Positions 37,564 to 46,705 of a stretch of DNA of 64,000 nucleotides are shown piece after piece (the stretch's first letter is position 1; the number at the start of each line of letters is the position of its first letter). Below the pieces are notes generated by a model. It was not told the origin of the DNA. It saw nothing but the letters and a program-made list of their open reading frames with translations, and did not search any database. This DNA comes from an uncultured Gemmatimonadales bacterium (GTDB lineage: Bacteria > Gemmatimonadota > Gemmatimonadetes > Gemmatimonadales > GWC2-71-9). The stretch covers positions 32,001 through 96,000 of the forward strand of contig CAVSQW010000008.1 in NCBI GenBank assembly GCA_963730185.1, given 5' to 3'. The translations under genes and the position numbers were made by a program.

Positions 37564-38505
37564 TCAGCGGTCGAGAAACGCGCCCACGACCTTCACGAAC
37601 GCGTCCGGCTCCTCGTAGAAGGGCATGTGGCCGCTCTTCTCGAAAACGTGGAATGCGGAGCCGGGAATGGCCTGATGGATCCGATAGCCCGTCAGCGGCG
37701 CCACGTTCATGTCGTAGCGGCCGTCCGTAACCAGCGTGGGGAAGTCGAACGACGCGAGGGCCGGCGTGAAATCGAGTCGCCCGAGATCCCGGTTCAGCTG
37801 GGTACTCTGGTCGTTGTTGAACTTGAGGTGCGCGCCGAGCGTTCGCCACTCGGCGCCGTGCTCGGGGGAGTAGAACAGCATCGTGAGGTAGATCCGGAGC
37901 GCCTGGTGGACGAGGGCCGTGTCGCCGGTGGCGCGCCCCTGTTCGAAGGGCGTGTTCATGTCGCGGTCGGGAAAGACCTGCGAGAAGAGAAAGATGGTGT
38001 CGGAGAACTTGGGCGCCGCCGACCCGACCAGCACGAGGTGGGCGACCCGGTCGCCGTGGGTGGCCGCGTAGGCCTGCGCCAGGTAGCCGCCCCACGAATG
38101 ACCCAGGAGGTCGAGCTTCTCGACGCCGAGCGCCTGGCGGAGGGCGTCGAGATCGGCGACGAACTCGGCGACCGTCACCGAGTCGTGCGGCCCGACCGGG
38201 GCCGACCGGCCGGTGCCCCGCTGGTCGTAGGTCACCACCCACCGGTTCCGCCCCAGGGTCGGGAACGCCGGACCGAACCAGAAATACTCCGAGTCGTAAC
38301 CCGGACCGCCGGAGAGCAGCACCAGCGGTGTCCCGCGGTGCGGGCCGATCTCGTAATAGACCAGGGTGTCCGTCCCGGCGCGGAAGGGCGTCGGGGCGGG
38401 GGTCTGGGCCGGCGCGGCCCCCGCGCCCAGGGCGAGCGTCAGCGCGGCGAGCAGGGCCGCGCGCAAGGTGCCGGTCGGGGGTCGCGCGGCTCCGGGCCGG
38501 ATCAT
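37564..38505 (-). CDS. Secreted alpha/beta hydrolase, proline iminopeptidase-like
   Basis: GGPG, YDQRGTGRS, GHSWGG nucleophile and SGHMPFYEEP motifs. Confidence 0.85.
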   Translation of the reverse strand: MIRPGAARPPTGTLRAALLAALTLALGAGAAPAQTPAPTPFRAGTDTLVYYEIGPHRGTPLVLLSGGPGYDSEYFWFGPAFPTLGRNRWVVTYDQRGTGRSAPVGPHDSVTVAEFVADLDALRQALGVEKLDLLGHSWGGYLAQAYAATHGDRVAHLVLVGSAAPKFSDTIFLFSQVFPDRDMNTPFEQGRATGDTALVHQALRIYLTMLFYSPEHGAEWRTLGAHLKFNNDQSTQLNRDLGRLDFTPALASFDFPTLVTDGRYDMNVAPLTGYRIHQAIPGSAFHVFEKSGHMPFYEEPDAFVKVVGAFLDR

Positions 38506-40670
38506 CGCCGGGGGGTCCCCAGCTCACGGCCCAGAAACTCCGTCGTGGCCCGGCTCACCTTGACCCAGGTGGCGTACCGCAGGAAGTCGTGGATTTCGTC
38601 CGGAATCAGCAGCTCCTCGTACCGGACGCCCTGGGCCCGGAGCCGCTGCACCAGATCGACGGTCTGGCTCACCTGCACGTTCCGGTCGTCGTCGCCATGG
38701 ATCAGGAGGACCGGCGAGCGCCAGGTGGCCATGTCGGCCACCGGCGACGACTGCCACATCACCATGATGGCCTGCTCCAGATCGGCGGGCTTCTCGGGCT
38801 GGAGCGCGAGCTCGCCGAAGCGTTGGCCGATCCCGGCGGTCCGGTCGTGGACCCCGTGGAGGTCGACGCCGGCCGCGAACAGGTCGGAGTTCCGGGCCAG
38901 GGCCATGGCGGTGAGATAGCCGCCGTACGAGCCGCCCCAGATCCCGATCCGGCTCACGTCGACGTCGGGCCGCTCCCGGAGATAGTGCGCCGCGGCCAGC
39001 ACGTCCTGATACTCGGAGGCCCCCGCCGCGCCGGCGTGCGCCGGGTTCATGAAGTGATCGCCGTAGCCGATCCCGAGCCGGTAGTTCACCGAGACCACGA
39101 CGAAGCCCTGGTTCGCCAGGTACTGGTTTACCGCGTAGTCCGAGGCGTAGTAGTGCCAGTAGTGGAAACCCAGCAGCATCTGTCGCGGCGGGCCGCCGTG
39201 CACGTAGATCATCGCGGGGCGCTTCTCGGCGCCCGCCTTCGCCGGCTTGAAGACCTGGAGATGGATCGGGGTGCCGTCGATCGACGAGATCACCACCCGT
39301 TCGGGCACCACCAGGTCGGCGGCCGGGAAATCGGCCGGGAGCCGGTCGGCGCCGAGCAGCTTCGGGGTCCCGCCGCCCTGGGGCAGCACGGCCGGCAGCG
39401 GCGGGCGGCGCGGGCCGCTGGTCAGGAGGGCCACCGTCTGTCCGTCACCGGTCACGGCCGGCGACCATTCGAGATCGGTGCCCCGGGTCAGCTGGACCGG
39501 GCTGGCGGCGTCGACCGGCACCCGGAAGAGATGACGGCGGTCGTCGTCCGCGCCGTCGGGGCCGGTGTTCGCGTTGTAGACGATGGAACGGCGATCGGGC
39601 GACATGGTCACGAACTCGACCATGAAGTCGCCCGGGGTGAGCAGCAGCGGCGTGCCCCCGGCCACCGGAACCGAGTAGAGATGGGGCCAGTCGTCGAGGT
39701 TGGCGAGGAAGACCAGCCGGTCGCCCGCCGCCCAAGCCAGGTTCGCGCCCCCTTGGGTCCGGGGACGGGAGCCCAGCAGCGTGTTCGGGCTGTCCCAGAC
39801 GGTGCTGGCGGTGCCGCTCGCGGCGTCGACCACCCGAAGCGACCAGGGCCGCGGGTGCCGCTCGAGCAGGGTCTGGGGCGGCCCGCCCTGACCGGGCTCG
39901 CTCAGGTACGCGATCCGCCGCCCATCGGGCGACCAGACCGGCGAGCTGACCCGATCGGTGGCCGGCGCGAGCCAGCGGATCCGGGTCGCGCCCGAGGCAA
40001 AGAGTCCGAGCAGGCTGTAGCCCGATCGGTTCGAGACGAAGGCCAGCGTCTTACCGTCGGGAGACCAGGTCAGGGCGCCGTTCCGTCCCCGGGCGAAGAA
40101 GAGCTGCTCCGCCTTCCCGCCGGCCGCGAGCGGCACGGTCCAGACCTGTCCGTCCTTCACGTAGGCAACCTGGTCTCCGGCCGGATTCGGCGCGGGCTCG
40201 TCGCCCGGGGCGAGCATCCGCCCGCCGCCACCGGTCCAGGGCACCGTCCAGATCTCGACCCGAGCTCGAGTGATCGCACTGGTGGGATTGGGCTCGATGC
40301 CGCCGGGCGAGGGCCAGTTCGATCCGTGGTCGCCGCCCCGGACGAAGACCAGCTGCCGGCCGTCGGCGGTGAAGCCGAGCTGGGTGAGCGCCTGGCCGTC
40401 ATCCTCCGTAAAGCTGGTCAGCTGCCGCGGCGTCCAGCTCGGCCCTTCGGCCGCCCACACGTTCCGGACCCCGTGGTCCTCGAGCACCCAGGCCATCCGC
40501 TGGCCGGTGGTTGCCGTGACCAGCTCGGTGGGGAAGGGAAAGGTGACGAACCGGTCGACCGGCTGGGACGCTGACTGGCCGGCAGCGGGCGTGCCCACGG
40601 CGGCCGACAGGATGAGAGCCAGGGCGCTCCGGCGGAGCAGCGAGTGGGAATGAAGCATCGTCTCAGCCAT
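38502..40670 (-). CDS. Secreted S9 prolyl oligopeptidase / dipeptidyl peptidase with PD40 propeller
   Basis: WSPDG repeats; HGGP; GIWGGSYGG (Ser), DDDRNV (Asp) and EIHDF (His). Confidence 0.92.
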   Translation of the reverse strand: MAETMLHSHSLLRRSALALILSAAVGTPAAGQSASQPVDRFVTFPFPTELVTATTGQRMAWVLEDHGVRNVWAAEGPSWTPRQLTSFTEDDGQALTQLGFTADGRQLVFVRGGDHGSNWPSPGGIEPNPTSAITRARVEIWTVPWTGGGGRMLAPGDEPAPNPAGDQVAYVKDGQVWTVPLAAGGKAEQLFFARGRNGALTWSPDGKTLAFVSNRSGYSLLGLFASGATRIRWLAPATDRVSSPVWSPDGRRIAYLSEPGQGGPPQTLLERHPRPWSLRVVDAASGTASTVWDSPNTLLGSRPRTQGGANLAWAAGDRLVFLANLDDWPHLYSVPVAGGTPLLLTPGDFMVEFVTMSPDRRSIVYNANTGPDGADDDRRHLFRVPVDAASPVQLTRGTDLEWSPAVTGDGQTVALLTSGPRRPPLPAVLPQGGGTPKLLGADRLPADFPAADLVVPERVVISSIDGTPIHLQVFKPAKAGAEKRPAMIYVHGGPPRQMLLGFHYWHYYASDYAVNQYLANQGFVVVSVNYRLGIGYGDHFMNPAHAGAAGASEYQDVLAAAHYLRERPDVDVSRIGIWGGSYGGYLTAMALARNSDLFAAGVDLHGVHDRTAGIGQRFGELALQPEKPADLEQAIMVMWQSSPVADMATWRSPVLLIHGDDDRNVQVSQTVDLVQRLRAQGVRYEELLIPDEIHDFLRYATWVKVSRATTEFLGRELGTPRR

Positions 40671-40930
40671 GGGCTCGAGGAGGCGCTGGGGGATAAAGAG
40701 GGGACTGGGGCAAGCTACCTCCCCCGCTCCGGGGCGGGAAGCACCGGTGGGGAGCGACGAAGCGCTCGCGCGGCCGGCGTCGATCGGCGGGGCACGTCCG
40801 TGACCGGGAGGGGCGTGGGTCGTTAATTTGCCGGAACGGCACGCTGGGCCGCCGCCCCGAAGGGGTCGGCCCCCGGAACCTCCAGCGAGACCACCACCTG
40901 CTGACCTCGTCCCCCTCGGGATCGGTGACC

Positions 40931-41641
40931 ATGCCCACTCGCCGCCGCACCACCGCCTCGCCGAGCTCGGCCCCGGCGCCGGGTCCCGCCCTCCCTTCCG
41001 TGTACAGCAACGAGTCCGGTCGCATCTACCACCTCGTGCGTCTCATTGGGAAAGGCGGCTTCGGCGAGATCTACCTGGCCACGCCGAGCCCGCGCGCCAC
41101 GCTCCCGGAGCGGGTCTGCGTCAAGGTCTCCCATTGGATGACCGGATGGCTCCGCGAGGCCTACTTCGCCCAGCTCCTGGACCGGCACCCGCGGGCCCTC
41201 AAGGTGTTCGACCGGTTCGTCGAGGCCGGCGTGGCCCGGAGCCGGTACTGCCTGGTGATGGAGTACGCCGAGCACGCCGCGCTCCGGCGGCCTCCCAAGG
41301 CGCTGCCTTCGGGTCGGGTTCGCAGTCTGAAGGGCCGGCGGGTGTCGTTCACGGGGTTCCTGAGCCGGCCCCGCCGTGAGGCCGCGGCCTTGGCCAAGCG
41401 GGCGGGCGCGATCGTGCAAGGAAGTCCCGGCCCCTCGACCGACGTGCTGGTCCGCGGCCGACCCAACGCCCAGCAGGCGGCGGGCGAGGCCGCGGGGCTC
41501 AAGCTGATGGAGATCCGCCGGCAGGCCGCCCGGGGCCACAAGATCACCGTCATCGGCGAGGCGCAGTTCTGGAAGCTGGTGACGCCGGCGGCCGGGGCCC
41601 GGCGGCGTGGAACTCCCGCTCGAGCTCCCCGAGCCCGCTGA
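40931..41641 (+). CDS. Protein kinase N-lobe fused to a BRCT domain (C-lobe absent); possibly a pseudogene
   Basis: IGKGGFGEIY, VCVK, REA and LVMEYAEH, then directly LKGRRVSFTGFLS...TDVLVRG...ITVIGEAQFWKL; no HRD or DFG. Confidence 0.7.
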   Translation: MPTRRRTTASPSSAPAPGPALPSVYSNESGRIYHLVRLIGKGGFGEIYLATPSPRATLPERVCVKVSHWMTGWLREAYFAQLLDRHPRALKVFDRFVEAGVARSRYCLVMEYAEHAALRRPPKALPSGRVRSLKGRRVSFTGFLSRPRREAAALAKRAGAIVQGSPGPSTDVLVRGRPNAQQAAGEAAGLKLMEIRRQAARGHKITVIGEAQFWKLVTPAAGARRRGTPARAPRAR

Positions 41642-41703
41642 GCCGGCCCACCCCGGGCCCGCTGAGCCGGCCCACCCCGGGCCCGCTGAGCCGGCCCACC
41701 CGG
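41633..41703. repeat. Three tandem copies of GCCCGCTGAGCCGGCCCACCCCGG (third copy lacks one C), spanning the kinase-BRCT stop codon
   Basis: Read directly from the sequence; no spacers between copies. Confidence 0.9.
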
Positions 41704-41808
41704 GCCGCCCGGGCCCGTTTTCGGATTCGGAGCGCGGGGGGTACTTTCCGGAGGGATCGGGCATCCTGCTGGCGGCCCGTCCTCTCCTTCCTCAAACCCG
41801 GCGCTGCC

Positions 41809-43002
41809 ATGACCGACCGACCCTCCCGTCGTGCTGGCTGGTCCATTCTCCTCGAGATCCTGGGGCTCGTCGCCGCCGTCCTGATCGCGTTCGAGGTCGG
41901 GAGCCGGGCCGGCCACTCGGAACCGGCTCGCGCGGCCTCGAGCGATTCAGCGAAGACATCGACGGTCCTCGGCCTGCCGGAGGGAGCCGAACGCCTGGCC
42001 GATCGTCCCGGCTGGACCCCGCCCGCCAAGGTCGTGGTTCAGGACCTCTGGCCGGGACGGACGGCCGAGATCGCTCGGGTGGCGCCGGGAGTGCGGGTGG
42101 TGGTGACGGCGACCGATTCGGCCTTCCGAGCCGAGATCGTGGATGCCGATGCGGCCTTGGGCTGGGTGGACCGCACGGCCTGGGAGCGCGCCAAGAAGCT
42201 CCGGTGGGTCCAGGCTCCTTCCGCGGGCATCGGAGGGTATCTCGCCCTTCCCGGGATGAAAGAAGGCGACGTGGTGCTCACCAACGCCCAGCGGATCTAC
42301 GCGGAGGGCGGCGGCGAGCACGTGATGGCGATGGCACTGGCGTTGGCTCGGCGCCTGCCCCAGGCTCTGGAGCTCCAGCGGGCCCACCGTTGGGACTACG
42401 AAGGGCAATCGGGCGCCGCGGATCGCTCCGGGAGTGCGACCAAGATGGTGGAGCTCCACGGCAAGACCCTGCTGGTGGCTGGATTGGGCGGGATCGGCAC
42501 CGAGGTGGCCCGAATCGGCAAGGGACTCGGGATGCGGGTCGTCGCCACCCGGAACTCGGGACGCTCCGGACCGCCCTTCGTGGACTACGTCGGTCTCTCC
42601 GACGAGCTGCCCAAGCTGGCCGCGGAGGCCGACGTGGTCGTCGACTGCCTGCCGCTCACCTCGGCGACGGCGGGGGTGTTCGACCAGCAGCTGTTCGATG
42701 CGATGAAGCCGGGGGCCTACTTCGTGAACATCGGGCGAGGGGGGACCGTCGTGACGGACGCCCTGGTCCGGGCCCTCCAAAGCCACCGGCTGGGCGGCGC
42801 CGGCCTCGACGTCACCGATCCCGAGCCCTTGCCCGCCGACCATCCCCTCTGGGGCCTGCCGAACGTGATCATCACCCCGCACAGCGGCGGCGATTCCGAC
42901 GGGCAACAGGAGCGGCTCTGGCAGCTCTTCGAGGAGAACCTGCGCCGCTTCGCGGCCGGCGACCGGCTGCTCTCGGTGGTCGACAAGGCGCGCGGTTACT
43001 GA
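41809..43002 (+). CDS. D-2-hydroxyacid dehydrogenase with an N-terminal membrane anchor or signal
   Basis: GLGGIG, NIGRG, GLDVTDPEPLP and ITPH motifs. Confidence 0.9.
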   Translation: MTDRPSRRAGWSILLEILGLVAAVLIAFEVGSRAGHSEPARAASSDSAKTSTVLGLPEGAERLADRPGWTPPAKVVVQDLWPGRTAEIARVAPGVRVVVTATDSAFRAEIVDADAALGWVDRTAWERAKKLRWVQAPSAGIGGYLALPGMKEGDVVLTNAQRIYAEGGGEHVMAMALALARRLPQALELQRAHRWDYEGQSGAADRSGSATKMVELHGKTLLVAGLGGIGTEVARIGKGLGMRVVATRNSGRSGPPFVDYVGLSDELPKLAAEADVVVDCLPLTSATAGVFDQQLFDAMKPGAYFVNIGRGGTVVTDALVRALQSHRLGGAGLDVTDPEPLPADHPLWGLPNVIITPHSGGDSDGQQERLWQLFEENLRRFAAGDRLLSVVDKARGY

Positions 43003-43012
43003 CTCCCCGCGC

Positions 43013-45116
43013 CTAACGCGGGATCACCGGCAGCGTGACCGACGACGGATGCTCGGCGTCGTGCACGACCCGCTGGTGCGCCACCACGAAGGTGCTGTCG
43101 CGCTCGTTGTTCCCGCCGGTGTTGAGGTTGCGGTCGTACTTCGGGAAGAGCGCCGACGACACCGCGACCCGAAGCCGATGGCCCGTCGGAAACACCTTCG
43201 ACGTGAACCAGAGATCGATGTCGTACTGCCTCCACCGAGCCGGGGGTGAGGAGCAGGGGCCGGTCGCCCCCATGCCGGAATCGCGCTCGCGCCACCCCGT
43301 CCTGCACCCGCTCGGCGCGCCCGTCGGGAAACACGTCCAGCAGCATCACGTACCAGTCGGTGTCGCGGGCGTCGGTCGCGGCCCAGAGGGTGGCCCGCAT
43401 CGGGCCGGTCACCTCGATCGGCCGGGTGAGCGGCGCCGAGGTGAACACCAGGAGGTCGCGACGGGACGCCTCGACCCCGGAGAAGTCCTCGTTGAGCGAG
43501 GTCTCGAGCTCCCTCGAGTCGATCAAATAGGGGGTCGGGTCGGCCGGATCGTAGGTGAAGGTGTCGGCCGGGGCGCCGGCCGGTGGGAGGCTGTCGAGCC
43601 GGCCATTCCCCGCGCTGCCGTTGGCGCCGCCGTCCGAGGCCAGGAACCAGCGGGTCGGACGGGCGCGGGCCAGGGGCCAGGCGTCTTCCTTGCGCCAGGC
43701 GTTGTCGCCCATGATGAAGAAGTCGAACGGCGGCTCCCGGTCCACGCCGTTGTCCTTCCCCAGGAGATAGTGGTCGAACCAGCGGAGCTGGAGCTTCCGG
43801 GTGTCGACCCGGGCCTCGGGTCCGAAGTCGCCCGCGACGTAGTCGACCCCGCGGTGGGCGCCGGGTCCCATCACCAGGCGGATCGGTGGGTGGCCGGGTA
43901 CCCGGCTCAGGGCGGCGGTGTAGTCGATCGGGCCGCGGGAGTCGTCGTACCAACCCGAGATCTGGAGGACCGGGGCTTTGACCTTCGCGATGAAGGTCGT
44001 GACCGCGTGGGCCCGCCAGTAGGCGTCGAGGTTGGGGTGCGCGATCCAGCGGTCCCAGAGGCCCACGTCGCCGCAGCCGAGCGTCTGGGGCAGGTCGGAG
44101 AGCGGGAGGTGCATGAGCGCCGGTCCGATGGCCAGGTCGTCGATGTCCTCGAGGGTCCGGCTCCGCATCAGGCAGGCCCAGGCCACGTCGATCGGCGAGA
44201 AGACCATGTCCTCGTAGGGCACGATCCGCCAGGGGTCGCCGGTCGCGGCCGACGGAGCGATCGCGGCCAGGTGGGGCGGGGCGCTCACCGCCGCGTACCA
44301 GGCCAGCCGGCCTTCGTCCGAATGCCCGATCAGTCCGACCTTGCCGTTGGCGCCCGGGAGCCGAGCCGCCCATTCCACGGCGTCGTAGCCGTCGGTGACG
44401 TCGTGATCGTAGTCGCCGAAGTCGTGGGTGGCCCCGTCGGAGCGGTCTCGGCCCCGGACGTGCTGGGCCACGTAGAGGTAACCGCGTGAGGCCCAGTACC
44501 GGCCGGCGGGCCGGGTCAGGCGGACATACGGGGTCCTGAGCATCACCACCCCGAAGGGTCCCGGCCCGACCGGCCGGGCAACGTAGCTCACCAGCCGGGC
44601 GCCGTCCCGGGTGGTCATGAACACGGCGGTGTCCTCGGTCACGGCGAACGCCGAGTCGGAGACCGGGCCCGGCCAGGGGCTGGTCGCCTGCTCCACCTGG
44701 AACGGTGTGGCGCGCCGGACCAGGCGGACTCGGCGGCCGGCCGGCCGGCCGGCCTCGAGCAGGACGCCGACCAGGGTGTCGCCGTGCCAGGCGGCAGCCA
44801 CGCCCTGGTCGCCTGGGCCTCCCAGGCGAACCGAGTCACCCTGGGTCGCAACTCGGGAGACGGTGACGATCGGCTCGCCGGTGCGGCGGCGGATGGCGCC
44901 CAGGGCGCCCGAGTCGCCGGGCTCGAAATGAGCGAAGCCCATCCGCCGCCAGCCCTCGAAGCCGGTTTGGGGGGCGCTGCCTCGCGCGAAGTAGGCGTCC
45001 CAATCGCCGACGAGCGACGCCGACGGGGTCGGCGCGGGCGCACAGGCGGCGGCGCCCCAAGTGAGGATCGCCGCCCAGCGGAGCGGGCGGCCAGGGCGGC
45101 CCTGGCGGTGGGTCAT
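43013..45116 (-). CDS. CocE/NonD-family serine hydrolase with lipoprotein-like N-terminus (frameshift near 43230)
   Basis: RTPY, DGYDAVEW, GHSDEG, SGWYD, FTYDPADPTP and FPKYDRNLNTG motifs. Confidence 0.88.
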
Positions 45117-45208
45117 GGGTGCGGGTTCCGTGAAGGATGCCGGTAGCGTCAGAGGCGATCGAGGCGCCTCGATCGTGCTTCAGTAGTCTCAAGATAATAG
45201 GCGCCCCG

Positions 45209-45233
45209 AAACGTGACTTTGGAAATCACATTT
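45209..45233. promoter_or_regulatory. Putative Rrf2 operator, copy 3 (AAACGTGAC-TTTGGAA-ATCACATTT), upstream of the CocE gene
   Basis: Degenerate match with identical spacing. Confidence 0.5.
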
Positions 45234-45273
45234 GTCCCCACCCGACTGGTCTCGTGTGGCGGGCTCCGTCGCG

Positions 45274-46413
45274 CTATTTCCCGATCTTCCGGTGCCAGGC
45301 GGCCAGCAGCTCGGCCTCTTTCTCGGGCGCCAACCCGAACCGGAGCCGCCGGGAGTTGGGCGCCTTGGGCGGACGCGACTTGTACTCGGCGATGATGTCG
45401 CGCGCCGTGTCGGCCAGCGGCCGGAAGGTGAGCCCCGCCGCGATCGCCTTCGCGGCGCTCATCTGGGCGAAGCCCTTGCCACCCGGCTCGAACATCGGCG
45501 GCTGCTGGTAGTCGTCGCGCGGCGGCCACCAGATCGGGAGGTCGGTCCAGGGCAGCACCTTCTGCTCGGCCAGCCAGTCGGCGTCCACCCAGGTGAACTT
45601 GACCGGCGAGCTCGTCACCGCCCGGATCCCGTAGAGGAACTCGCCCCAGCCCATTGGACTCGCGGGGCCCATGATGTTGAAGGTCCCGTTGATGTCCTCC
45701 TCGATCGACTTGATCACGAACCGGCCGAGGTCCTCGGGGTCGATGTACTGGGTGGGATCGTCCGGGGTGCCGGGCGCCAGCACCTCGCCGCCCCGGTCGA
45801 TCCGCATCGGCCAGTACGACGAGATGTCGTTGTAGTCGCCGGCGCCGATGATCCAGCCCGGCCGGAGAATGGTGTGCCGGCCGGCGTAGGTGGTGCGCAC
45901 CGTCTGCTCGCAGATGGCCTTGAAGGCGCCGTAGTGCTTGGAGGCGTCTTCCGAGGTCGGATCGTCGAGCACGTCGAGCGGCGCGTTCTCGTCGAGCCCC
46001 ACCTGGGAGAAGCTGGCGTAGGCGTCGCCGCTCGAGATGAAGACGTAGCGGTGGACCTCACCGGCCAGCAGGTCGACCGAGTCCTTCACCACCCGGGGGA
46101 TGTAGCCCGAGGTGTCGATCACCGCGTCCCATTTCCGGCCCTTGAGCACGCCGAGCCCTCCGTCCCGGTCGCCGACCAGCTTCTCGACGTTGGGGAAGAG
46201 GCCGGGGTTGGTACGACCCCGGTTGAAGAGGGTGACCTGGTGCCCGCGGGCTTGGGCCAGACGCACCATGTGGGGACCGATGAAGCCGGTGCCGCCGATG
46301 AACAGGATCCGGAGCGGGGCTCGGATCGCCCGGCGGGGCAGGAGTCGGCCGGCGGGGAAGGCGAGGGCCGCGAAGCCGGTCGCCTGCAGGAGGTCGCGTC
46401 TCGTGATGGCCAT
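45274..46413 (-). CDS. NAD-dependent epimerase/dehydratase-family protein with a twin-arginine-like signal
   Basis: MAITRRDLL N-terminus; GGTGFIG, FNRGRT and YGAFKA motifs. Confidence 0.88.
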   Translation of the reverse strand: MAITRRDLLQATGFAALAFPAGRLLPRRAIRAPLRILFIGGTGFIGPHMVRLAQARGHQVTLFNRGRTNPGLFPNVEKLVGDRDGGLGVLKGRKWDAVIDTSGYIPRVVKDSVDLLAGEVHRYVFISSGDAYASFSQVGLDENAPLDVLDDPTSEDASKHYGAFKAICEQTVRTTYAGRHTILRPGWIIGAGDYNDISSYWPMRIDRGGEVLAPGTPDDPTQYIDPEDLGRFVIKSIEEDINGTFNIMGPASPMGWGEFLYGIRAVTSSPVKFTWVDADWLAEQKVLPWTDLPIWWPPRDDYQQPPMFEPGGKGFAQMSAAKAIAAGLTFRPLADTARDIIAEYKSRPPKAPNSRRLRFGLAPEKEAELLAAWHRKIGK

Positions 46414-46520
46414 GGGACTAGGGATTAGGGAGTAGGGAACGCGCCCGGTTTCGCGTCTAACGAACGCCAAGTGGACTGGCGGGCGCAAGCTGGGGTTGCT
46501 GGGCAGTTCGTATCGATCCG

Positions 46521-46547
46521 CAATTGTGACTTTGAAAGTCACAATTG
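46521..46547. promoter_or_regulatory. Putative Rrf2 operator, copy 4 (CAATTGTGAC-TTTGAAA-GTCACAATTG), between divergent genes
   Basis: Perfect 10-bp arms. Confidence 0.75.
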
Positions 46548-46705
46548 CCCCAGCCCGGAGACCCACCTACTGCGGCCGAGCGTGCCGCTGGCGCGTGAGC
46601 CGATCGTCCTCTAGTTTCGCGCGATACCGATGCGTCGCGCCGCTGGGCGGTCAAGCCTCCCAGCCGCGTTCACGGGGGTCGCCCCCGATACCCGGAGAGC
46701 AACCA

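Noticed and set aside
38328..40574. Long antisense or alternate-frame ORFs (also 116-2227, 2988-5132, 51599-53602 and the 1430-aa ORF 51816-56108)
   Set aside because: These are typical high-GC shadow ORFs with no motifs of their own. The 1430-aa ORF is in frame with only part of the M28 gene.
41633..41703. 24-bp repeats as a mini CRISPR array
   Set aside because: The copies are directly adjacent with no spacers, and there are no cas genes in the window.
46455..46500. GTCTAAC... as an integron attC site (also GCCTAAC near 58670)
   Set aside because: I found no matching GTTRRRY end forming a convincing hairpin, and no integrase or cassette array.
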